Part shown: positions 10,401 through 20,409 of the stretch, one piece after another | Position numbering within the stretch: the stretch's first letter is position 1 | Layout of the letters: every line of letters begins with the position of its first letter | DNA from: Stegostoma tigrinum | Lineage: Eukaryota | DNA: 64,000 bases | Direction of reading: 5' to 3' | Assembly: GCF_030684315.1 (NCBI RefSeq) | Contig: NC_081400.1 | Coordinates: 8,375,464 to 8,439,463 of the forward strand | Translations under genes and position numbers: made by a program | Notes under the pieces: generated by a model | Seen by the model: the letters and a program-made list of their open reading frames with translations, nothing else | The model's database searches: none | Told to the model about the DNA's origin: nothing

Positions 10401-13400
10401 AAACAAAATGCTGTCATCACAGGACAGAATACTTATTTTGTAGATCTGTGTAATTTTGAGGATATCTCGATCTATGTTTTTCAATGATTTCACTTCTTTC
10501 AAAATGGAAAACTGTGCCACATCATATTGATCGCAATTAAATTTTCGGTCGACTTATGTCACTGTAACTGCTACTATTAAACGTTTTCTAAAACTAGTGT
10601 AAGGAAAACGCACGCCTTGAGAGAAAATTTATATCGATTTAGATGCACTTACCTCCTGGTTTGAATCACGTGTTTGAAAATCTGCTGATTCCTTATCTGT
10701 GTTCCAGTTGCCTGATGTAAAGTAAATAGCCAGTTTGTTAAAGAAATGTTTGGCTGATTGGGTTAATTAACATGAAAAGTCAAAAAGCACAAAACGCATG
10801 TGTAGATCACAATGAATGTATAGCACTAAGGTTCACTTCCTACCTGAGCCGCAATTTCCATAGATACATCCACCAACGACAATTAATATCATGACGAGGG
10901 AAATCAATGGCAACGTACTCCCATAAAACATTAAACAACAAGCGATATGTTGCGACTCTGAAGAAGGCAGGGCTGTGATTAAATATAAACAAATTAGGTA
11001 TCCAATACTTACAAGCAACTCAAGAGGCCCATCAACGTCAATCCAAGCTGCTCATTGTGCAATCCACAAAACCCCCGCAGTAAATAATGTAACCCTTAAA
11101 GTTAGACGCAAGACCAATAAAGTAGCACCAAGACAGAATGAGACACTCAGAGGCAAAAGAAGGTAGAGACACATCTGAAACAAAACGTTCGTCATATAGA
11201 GCAACATAAATTTGGAAACATCTCCTGTTGGGCACAGAAGGAGATTATTGAGTCCTCCAAATATTGCTACACCGAACCAAGTTGAACTAATTACTTGGAT
11301 CCCTCTCGGCATGCGTCTATCAATCCGAATCGAATCCGGAATTCAGCCTGTCTCCTAGAATTAAAGTACTTCAAGGTTCACAATGTTTTTCCACCTGTCA
11401 CTTAATTTCTCATTCGGATTTTCTCTTGATATGACTTGCAGCGTACATGTATTTGTGTCCACTGAACATTGTTGGAAGATCCATTACCACGATTTCCTGG
11501 TACATGTTCAATGTCCTTTCAGCATTTAACTGTATAAGTAGGTGTTTAGAGAAACTGTGTTAAATATTATCGCCTCCAGTTTCATAAACCGTTACTTAAG
11601 TAGCCCTCTCCAAATTTCTAATATTTCACCACATGCTTTGAAACAGTCAATCTTTCTCCAATCCCCAGTCTTCACTTTCAGCGATAGCCGTAAGACATAA
11701 AAGTGGAAGTAATGCCGTTCGGTCATTAGTCCACTCGATCCTCATTTAATCATGAGAATTTCAGCTCCACTTGTTTGACAACTTATTTTTTAAAAGATTG
11801 AGGAGGCTTTTAGCAAGTTGGAAAAACCATTTCCGAAACAGACAGAATAAAGGGGCTGTTTGACACCACGTGATCAAGAAAAGCCAAAAAGAATGAAGCA
11901 AGCTCAATCAGACTGATCAGGGTGTCAAAGACAGAAGGGAAGCATGGGCATTACCATTCCTAACACTGAATTATGGATAATATGTGAAAAATGTTGATTT
12001 AATAAAACTTGGAACACGATGAGTAGATATGCTATTGTTGTAACAAATAGATAAACCCGTATTATATATAAAACTCGTTTTAAAAATTCTACGATGAGAA
12101 CAAAACAGAATGCCTGAACCAATGGTTAAAAAATGGAAAAACAGTTGCTGTTGCTGTTCTGAAAGAGGAAGACGGTCAATGAAACCAGTAGATTGAATCG
12201 ACTTCGACAAGATCTTTCCACTTCTGAGGCAAGACCAGTCTCGAAGAGATCAATATAACTGCGCCACTCTAATGAAAGCGAATCTGAAGTAAGATGAAGC
12301 GGAGGAGGTTGGGTGAGTTGGAAACTCGGGCGTCGATAGAAAGCATAAAGCTTTCTTAAATATGCACGAGAGAAAGGGATGCGAATGCAGGTGCGGCTAA
12401 TAAAAGTACTATCAAAATAAATATTTGGGAGGAATCTAGAGAGAAATTAGAGCTCTAGTACAAATTTATTATCGTCTGAATCACAGTATGTCTTTTCCAA
12501 CGCGAATGCTATGATAAATAGAGCAAAATTCATAGGCATTAATAAGAAATGTAGCGAACTGGGAAAAAAGTTATTATTTCCCATTTTAATCAACAAAACC
12601 TCAGATTCGCTCATTATACCCTGCTTTATGTGCAAATAGCCTGCTTCAATAAATTATGATAAGAATTGAGAAAACTAAGGAGTGTAAGGCTGAGTTATCT
12701 GAAAGAAGTAAATATCTGGACAATCAGACGACGATGCAAAGAATGGGAAGACTTTGAAGATGAAAGGTCATAAAGTCGCAATAAGCTCTAATGTTGGCAC
12801 TAAACGTAATCATTAATTGTTGTTGCCAATACTTACCTTTCTGATATGAGATACTTTCACTGTTACGGATCGCAGTTGAGCTGATTTGAACTGAGCAAGT
12901 ACAGACAGTGCCATGTTTCCAATCTTCTGCCGGGACTCTGATGTGACTCCTGATACTGTAGACTCCAGTGGAGTCCAATGCCGCAGAACCTGTCCAACCC
13001 TCGGCATCCCAGGTGGATATATTCCAGTCGATGGGAAAGTCATTAGCGATCGCGTTGCTCACTAAACACATCAATGGGAGAGTTTCCATGGAAACCATTT
13101 CTTGCAGCGGTGGAGATAAAAGAATTACGTTGGGAGGGCCTGAAGAGATTGGAAAGTAACATGAAATTATTGTTCAACATTGCTTTGTATCGATAGTGAA
13201 AGCCGTCAATCTGTCTTTACTCTTACCTGTTATGAGCAAGTGGGAACCATTTCCGAATATGAAGGTGTTCAGGTATGATTTCCTACCAGCACAGAAATAT
13301 ACACCTGAATCATTTCTCTGGACGTTGTGAATCACAAGAGTATAAACAGTCGATTTGTCATTAACTTGTCCAGAAAATCTTCCAGTTGGAGGGGCGTATG

Positions 13401-14178
13401 GGCTCACAAAGTAAACGAAATTCAGATTTCCTCGGACCATCTGTTTGTACCAGGGAACATCGCCATTTGCATACCAGCTCGTGTGGCATTTCATCCTCAC
13501 AGTGCTTCCAATGGAGACACTCTGAAGTGCCGGACTTTGCAGGAGCGTTGTCTGAGCGACGGTAACTTTGAAAACAGAGCATGTCACAAGCTTTATCTGA
13601 AAACTGAAGTTTTGGTTCACGCAAATTTAATGGCTTAAGTGAAGCAAATATGTTCATTGCGAGAATAAGCACCGATTCTAATCAGGAATTGGTATGTTAA
13701 TACGTGCTAAAATACGTCAAAAGCAAGAGGCAGGAAGAAAGAAAGAACGATCGAAAGCAAAAAAAAGAGCAATATCAGCCAGACATTCGTCAAATGCGGT
13801 CAACTATTGCAATTTAAGAAAACGAGCACTGACTTTTGCTCAAAGAAATATTCAGCAATAGCAATTCCATACTATCACAAAAACTGTTTTCGTCATTTTG
13901 GTGAAAAGATAAGCATTGACCAAAAGCAGTAAAAGAACTCCTCAACTTGTTTCCATGTACAATACACGAAATATGAAAAAAAGTTTATCTAATTTACAGA
14001 TCTTCGATAATGTAATTCTTCACCAGTTAAATAATGTTTTTCTTTTATAGAATACTTCATTTAGTGCTTCACCTGGCCGGATTTCCCATTGGCCGTACGC
14101 CAGATATACCTTACAGTAGAAGAAAAATATCGAACCTGGCACAAGATAGCACAGCATACAGAGAGTTACGAGATCCAT
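7441..14178 (-). CDS. Copy 1: non-rearranging VJ-C1-TM immunoglobulin-superfamily receptor, ~305 aa. Exons 14178-14136, 13565-13227, 13139-12837, 10972-10844, 10711-10653, 7485-7441
   Basis: All introns are GT-AG and phase-compatible (1,1,1,1,0). The 918 nt join into an open frame: MDLVTLCMLCYLVPVTVA-QTTLLQSP...MKC...WYKQ...DSGVYFCAGRKSYLNTFIFGNGSHLLITG-PPNVILLSP...LMCLVS...DWN...YSIRSHIRV...WKHGTVCTCSV...YQK-ALPS...CLMFYGSTLPLISLVMILIVVGGCIY...-NWNTDKESADFQTRDSNQE-TFYAPLKFNEDPIL*. Every exon has the same length in copy 2. Confidence 0.85.
7570..10150 (-). mobile_element. Degraded CR1 LINE in intron 5 of copy 1, with a small Penelope-type fragment near 9235-9400
   Basis: RT remnants: HMEKHGFFKHSQYVFFRGRSCQLNLLES, LKTDKSAVLDEFHPRLLWE, WQIIFNSDKFGLMYF. 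Confidence 0.8.
10653..10711 (-). CDS. Copy 1 exon 5, cytoplasmic
   Basis: TTTACATCAG| acceptor, GAG|GTAAGT donor. Encodes GNWNTDKESADFQTRDSNQE, identical in copy 2. Confidence 0.8.
10844..10972 (-). CDS. Copy 1 exon 4, stalk plus transmembrane helix
   Basis: ATCACAG| acceptor, TCAG|GTAGGA donor, 129 nt, phase 1-1. Encodes ALPSSESQHIACCLMFYGSTLPLISLVMILIVVGGCIYGNCGS. Confidence 0.8.
12837..13139 (-). CDS. Copy 1 exon 3, C1-like Ig constant domain
   Basis: Acceptor CTCTTCAG|, donor AAAG|GTAAGT. Motifs PNVILLSP, LMCLVS, IDW, GVYSIRSHIRV and WKHGTVCTCSV resemble Ig/TCR C1. Confidence 0.9.
13227..13565 (-). CDS. Copy 1 exon 2, V-set domain with fused J-like segment
   Basis: Acceptor TTTTCAAAG|, donor ACAG|GTAAGA. 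Has the B-strand Cys, WYKQ, RFSG, DSGVYFC and FGNGSHLLI (FGxG). Confidence 0.95.
14136..14178 (-). CDS. Copy 1 exon 1, signal peptide MDLVTLCMLCYLVP
   Basis: ATG, hydrophobic core and phase-1 donor CCAG|GTTCGA. The other nearby phase-1 donor (T|GTAAGG) is preceded by an in-frame TAA in copy 2, which favours this donor. Confidence 0.7.
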
Positions 14179-14249
14179 TGGATGAGGGTGAAGTTCTCAC
14201 TGTGAGATTTGAACAGTCTTATGTTGTTTGTGGAGCTCAATCTTGAGGC

Positions 14250-14340
14250 TCAGCTGTGGAAATTATCTGCGGCATTTAAAAATACCTAGATGGAAAGTAC
14301 AGACTCATTGACATGATTGCTGTGGGTTTCCTGTTTACAC
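14250..14340 (-). promoter_or_regulatory. Candidate proximal promoter of copy 1 (E-box CAGCTG, GATA AGATAA, AT-rich TATA-like segment, FOX:ETS GTAAACAGGAAA)
   Basis: Motifs lie 70-160 nt upstream of the ATG and are retained in copy 2 (~61633-61722). Motif matches only. Confidence 0.35.
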
Positions 14341-16772
14341 GTTAAGCATCCACATAGAGATCTGTTAGCAAAAATCAATCAATCATTGTGCAGGTTGTAA
14401 ATATTTTAGCTTGGTAAGACATCACACTAAATGAGCAGACTGCCTGACTCATTCCGTCTTGATTCGGCTCCACCATGCCATCAAGGGTTAATTGTCCCTC
14501 ATTCCAGGCTTCATTTCGGATGTTAAAATAAGACACGGACAATATGCCATTCCATAACTTTAAATTCAAAGTAAATGTCAGTCACAGTGTCTGTGTTGGA
14601 GTAATGCAATATATTCCGACGTTGTCTTTCAGCTGAGATACTAAACCCAGGTAGGTTTTCGGTATTTTAAGACATTGTAAGCTTCACCCGGCCTAACATT
14701 ATCAAAAGTTGCAGGTGAATTTCTCTGGTTTACTTTGGGTAAAAGTTCTCCACTCGCAGCAGTGCAAAAAAAAAACAAATAAATTAGAGTGTTATTTGAC
14801 TTCATTTTATCATAAATTGCTGGTTTATGCTTTGCATTGAGATAGTGATGATATTTAAAATCGTACGAACTTGTTGGGAAGGTACTTTGAAACATCTTTG
14901 ATGAATGCATTGTAATCTGCCTTACATTTCAACAGTGTTTTCCTCCTTGCTGTTACAAACATTCATTCCAACATAACAGGCAACTCGAATCGATTGTTAG
15001 CGTACAGTTGGAGGCGAAAAGTTTATTTTGATGATAGTGGTACAGTAAACAATATAAGCTGCAACAAAAAGGTAAGTCATTCATGTCTTAGATCAAGAAA
15101 TGAACAAGTTGCTTGACTGTGACAATAGGTTGCATGTGTACAAAAATGATTATATTTGTGACACAGGTAATAAGCTTACTGTTGACTATTGTTGTCTCAC
15201 AAAACAAAAGACAGATGAAGAATGCATTTGATGTCAGTTTGGAATGTTATGTTTGCTTTATATAATGAATTACAATAACACTGCCTAGAGGAAGAAATAA
15301 CAGATAATTTATACAAATCTCAGGTTGTATTTACGAAAAGCAATTGATAGTTCCATTCACTGTATTCCTGAGCTTGTGCTCGTTAAAAACTAGTGATTCC
15401 TTAAATTATGCTTGATAATCAGCACAAAGAATTATTTATTTACTGTTACAAGTGGTTTTAGCATCAATGTCAATAGGCTTTTTGAAAAGCCTGCTGTTGG
15501 CTGTTAAATGACACACCAGTGATTATATTTACAGTTAGTTGCTATATTCTGTTTAATATCATCATTTGGGGGAATCCAATTTTATATCAATATGAAAGTC
15601 AATTGATCTGCTACAGTTTAGTCTTAAAGTGGACTTTATCATCCATAACCAGAATGCCAAATTACAATATTTTTCTATATGAGAACATAGCTAATGCACA
15701 AAGGGAAAATAAAGTAATTTAAGTCTTACATTGAAAATAACAAAACAATATATACAATTCAACTGAGCTTGGCAAATCAGACAGTTATGAATAGCATCAG
15801 ATAGATTGTTGAATGTGCACTATAATGAATCTAAGCAGGGATTCAAGCACACAAAGATATACTTCATTGGTCAAATCAATGTTAACAGTACAGTGTGAGC
15901 ATGTATGCTTATTTCATCATGAGAATCAGCACTTTGGTGTCATGGATGTATCATTTTCGAAATGAGGCAGATAATTAGGCACACAGTTTTGGAAATTTTC
16001 ACTTAATTCTCAAATATATCATTGAAACAAGAACACAATAGGTCAGGATGGTATGTACAACCCAGAAGAAAATTCAAAAACTGTGCGAACATCTGTGAAG
16101 GCAGACAGTGGTACTGTTAATAGAGCAAACTTTGTTATTTAATACACACATGATGATATCATATGTTAGTAGTCCTGCACTGTAGGTTAATTTCTTGCAG
16201 GCTCGTTTTTCAATCCCATTGTCAGAACTGTTGGAAATTAAAGAACAATGGACAAGGCCATTATCCATAATAAAAGTACAGGCAAAAATGTGCAGAAGGA
16301 TTAATTGAGAGGTGAAGTTCAGGAATCTTCCAAAAGACACAGAGTGAAATAGATTGTGCAAAAAGAAACAAACATGGCATAATATGGGGAAATATCAACT
16401 TGTCCACTTTGATAAATATGAAAAAAATAAGCAGACAGAGGGTTTAAAGATTCTGGTGGAACTTAAAAACAAAAGGATTGCAGGATCTGGAAATCTGAGA
16501 AAATGCTGAAGAAACTCAGCAGGTCTTGTAGCATGTGATGGCAAAAAAAGTCACTGTTTTTCTGTTCAAGTCCAGTGATCGTTTGAAGGAAATGAAAGTA
16601 GTTGGGAATGGGTGGTATTTATGTTTATGGTGGGGTGAGTCGGGGCCACTGGTAAATGGAAACAACACATGGACACATTGCCCAGAAAAAGAGGCAGGAC
16701 AATATGGAACAAAGACATGGCTTCTAATTAGACAAGACAGAGGTTAATAGTGGATGAGTGATGACAAGAAGT

Positions 16773-17070
16773 GGTGGCATGGTGGCTCACTGGTTAGCAC
16801 TGTTGCCTCACAGCACCATGGAGCTGGATTTGCTTCCAGCTCTCAGTGACTATCTCTCTGGAGTTTGCACGTTCTCCCTGTGTCTTCGTGGGTTTCCTTC
16901 AGGTGCTCCGGTTACCTCCCACAGTCCAGAGATGTGCAAGTTTGGTGCATTGACCATTCAAAATTCCCCGAAGTGTTCAGGAATGTCTAGATTAGTGGGG
17001 TGAGTCTGGGTGAGATATCCTGAGATCAGGTTGGGCTGAAGGGCCTGTTTCCATACTTAAAGGATTCTAT
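16773..17070 (+). mobile_element. tRNA-derived SINE (HE1/V-SINE-like)
   Basis: ggcatggtggctcactggttagc ... ggagtttgcacgttctccctgtg ... gggctgaagggcctgtttcc. Confidence 0.85.
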
Positions 17071-17149
17071 GATAATTGCAGATGGCTCAAAGTAAGTTGA
17101 TTGCTGGGAACAGCCCGTACAAAACAGGACCTAGTGAAATGATAACACG

Positions 17150-19040
17150 GAGCAGGAAAGCTTGACGTTTTGGGACAGGACCCTGCTTCAGGAAAAGCTT
17201 TTCTGCTCATCTGATTCTGCTTGGCCTGCCGTGTTCATCCAGCCTCACACTGCATTATCTCAGATTCTCCAGCATCAGCAGTTCCTACTATCATAGTAGT
17301 ATGATGTGAACTTTCTGAAAGTGTGGTGCAGAATTTTGTGTCTTGAAGACTGAAAAGTACCTCGGTGCAAAATAACATGTTGTTCATTCGATTTGCACTG
17401 AGTCTTGCAGAAATACTGCAACAGGCCTGAGACACAAATCTTGAAGTAGAAACAGTGAAGTAGGGCTATTGAATTGAGTGGCACTTGGAAGCTAAGGATC
17501 TTTTCTTTATTTTGGAAAGAGCAAAAGTGTTCGACAAAGTGTTCATCTAGTCGTTTTTGTCTTCACTCCAGTGTACAGGAGACCATGTTGTGAGCAGCAA
17601 ATGAGATGGAGGCAAATTGTTGCTTCAACTGAAAGATGTGCCTGGGCCCTTGAACGGTGAGGAGGCAGAAGGCAAACTGAGACGTTTTGCACCATCTGCA
17701 TAGGAAGTTTTACCATTGTTTGGGAGTGGAGCTGGTGTCAGGGAGGAACAGTTTCTGCGAATGTTGTTGATGGATGTAAGATGAAATATGGGCCTGAAGC
17801 AATATCCTGCCGCAGGTGGTGGAAATGGTAACATGTGATCCTTTGAATATGGAGATAGGTAGGTAGAAAGAGAGGACTAAGGGACCATATCTTGGCCGTG
17901 ATTGGATTGGAGAAGAGTAAGGGAGATGTGCAGGGAATGGATCAGAGATATCTGAGGTGTGTCTCGATGAATGTGACGAGGATTCTACAGTTGAAGAAAA
18001 TAGTTAAAATTTTTGAGGTTCACCTTTTATAAGATGGTTTCATCAGAACAGATGTGCCAGAGATGACAATTCTGACAACCATTGTCCTGACAAGAACCGT
18101 GTTATCAGGGTGTGTACTAAAGGATGGGACTCAGTGGGTTTGTAATGGATGACAGTGGCCATTTTATCACCAGATATACAAATGAAGATGTCAAGAAAGG
18201 AACCAGTTGAAAGTAAGAGAAGGGTAGAAATAGGAATCAAAATTTACGTTGTTTTTTTTCCAATTCTGCATGAAGGATGAAAACAACACTGATGATGTCA
18301 TTGATACACCACAGGAAGAGTTGTTGGTTGTGTCCTGAGTAAGACTGGATTAAGAAGTGTTCCATGTAACCCAAAAACAAACATGCATATCTGGTGCTCA
18401 TGTGCAAATCTTTTACCTGAAGAAATGAGAAGAGTTAAAGGAGAAGTTGTCCAAAGTGAGGACAACTAGGTCAGTAGAAAGAGAGGACTACGTGACCATA
18501 ACGCTGTCGAGATTGGATTAGATAGGGGTAAGGACAGTTGTGCAGGGAATGGATCAGAGATATCTGAGGCATGTTCCGACGAATGTAATGAGGAATCCTC
18601 AACTGGCCTGGTAGAAGAGCATGGTGGTGCAAGGGAGCATACCACTCAAGGAAGAAGCGGAAACCCATCAACCTTGAGGGAAATGTAGGTGGAATGCATT
18701 TCCTTTGTGAAGATGAGGTACCTGATAGTCGCAAACTGGAAATTTTGAGACAGACGTATTGGCTCAGATGATTTGCAGATGTAGGTCAGAATAGGCTGGA
18801 TTAAAAAAAGAAATGAGGTAAGGTAGGACAAAATAAGTTCTGTGGGGTAGGAACAGGCTGAAACATTGGGTTTTCCAAGGCAGTCGTGTTTGTGAACTTC
18901 TGGTAGAAAGTAGAAGGACCATGAGATGGGCAGCTCTGAGGCAGTGATACTCAGCTGAGATATAGTTACTGTAGGCGGCCTGAGAGCTGGTGCTCAGTCT
19001 CAGCAAGGTAATAGTCAGTTTTCCAGAGAACAACACCACT
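17150..19040 (-). mobile_element. Old degraded Penelope-like fragments with an internal ~120-bp direct repeat (~17872-17990 vs ~18483-18600)
   Basis: Terminal-repeat-like piece at 17150-17290 and weak similarity to the Penelope-like copies in this window. Confidence 0.45.
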
Positions 19041-19172
19041 CTTGTCAACTGGCTTGATTACGGAGTCAGAGTTGGATCTAAGAGCACAAAAAAATGCTGA
19101 CAATAGAGGAAGATCGTTGAAACTGGTAACAGGACCCGGGAAATATCACGAGTCAAGTGTGGGTCAGGTAAG

Positions 19173-19465
19173 GATGGCATGGTGGTTAGCACTGCTTTGG
19201 AGCAGCACCAGTGACCTGGGTTCAATTCCACTTTCGGGCGAGTGACTTTGTGGAGTTTTCATATTCTTCACATGCCTGCGTGGGTCTTCTTTGGATACTT
19301 CTGTTTTCTCCCACAGTCCAAAGGTTGTTACTTTATGCGGATTGGCTGTTGGAGTTGCTGAGTTACAGCGACATGTTGGGGAATGGGGTCAGGGTGTGAT
19401 TCTATTTGCAGGGACTGTCTGGATTCAAAGGGCTGAATGGTGAGATTCCACACTGTATGATTGTA
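19173..19465 (+). mobile_element. Degraded tRNA-derived SINE
   Basis: ggcatggtggttagcactgc ... gggttcaattcc ... gtggagttttcatattct. Confidence 0.7.
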
Positions 19466-20409
19466 TGAAGAAATCGGCGATCATAGGAAGAGGTCCTTTT
19501 GGTGGGAGAGTGTTGGAGGTGGGTGAAGCATTCTGTTGGACGGGCAGAGTAGTAGCCCTATCAAAAGAGTGATGAAGGTGACAAAACAAAAGTTCAATGT
19601 CATGTCAAACCCAACATTCAGAGAATTGGGGGTGTGAAGGGATAAAGGAACTGACTGCTGGGATGTTCAGTGAGGGGTTAAGGCAGGAGATTATCGTGAG
19701 GGCTGTGGAAATGCTGCCAGCAGGTGAAGGAACACAGGAAAACGAGCAGGCATTCAGCATGTCTCGCCTATTTTGCCATTCATTGAGATCATAGCTGATC
19801 TGTGGCCTGGCGTAATTTACCTGTCTTTGGCACATATCTCATAATACTTTGATGAGCAAGAAGTTGTGCATCTCAAATTTCATATTAACAACTTTACCAA
19901 CCGTTTTTGAAAGAGAGTTCAAACAGCTGACAGGTTTTGTGTGCAGAATTGATTTCTAACATCCCTCCTAAACGGTGTGGCCCTATTTTGTAGACAGTGC
20001 ATCCTAGCCAATCAGTGCAGAGAAATATATTTTGATTTGCCCTGTCTTTTCATGTTCATATCGCGGAGACATCGATCAGATCTTCACTTAATTTTTCTGA
20101 ATTCGTGGCAAAACAGATCTAATTTGTATAATCGCTACGTATATCAACAAATAGCATGGAAAATAAACCAGGCATTAGATGTTGTCAGAGAGATGATTGT
20201 TTAAGAACAGTTCAAAAATTCACTGCCGGAAGTCATGAGAAGTCACGTGGAGGAACAGAGAGTTAACGCTGCAAGGTTGGCAGCTGAAATAGTCAATGAT
20301 TGTGAGCTAGTTCATGAATCAAAGTTTGGCTTACCACATCAATTTCAATCCGTGAGGGACAGAAAGTTGGGAAAAGAGAAATTCTCAGGTGGCAGGGGAA
20401 AAGGTGATA

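Larger units (their letters stand above)
1..16612 (+). repeat. Segmental duplication, copy 1 (truncated at the window start)
   Basis: Colinear high-identity match to ~45872-64000 across unique and TE sequence. The offset is 47383 at the leader exons. Confidence 0.95.

Noticed and set aside
11925-12400. Hydrophobic intronic ORFs as the TM exon
   Set aside because: No phase-compatible splice sites, and the frame differs between copies through indels.
13498-13525. Perfect RSS heptamer CACAGTG inside the V exon (another at ~14583)
   Set aside because: No nonamer at 12- or 23-nt spacing, and it lies in framework 1 rather than at the V-J junction. No evidence of V(D)J recombination.
12837-13565. 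Calling the gene an Ig light chain or TCR chain
   Set aside because: V and J are fused without RSS. There is an uncharged TM and a tyrosine-motif tail, the V-C intron is only 87 nt, and no octamer was seen. No gene symbol assigned.
14109-14135. Longer leader exon using the T|GTAAGG donor
   Set aside because: Copy 2 has an in-frame TAA before this donor.
14034-14246. Plus-strand 70-aa ORF conserved in both copies
   Set aside because: It is antisense to the leader exon, and its conservation is explained by the recent duplication.
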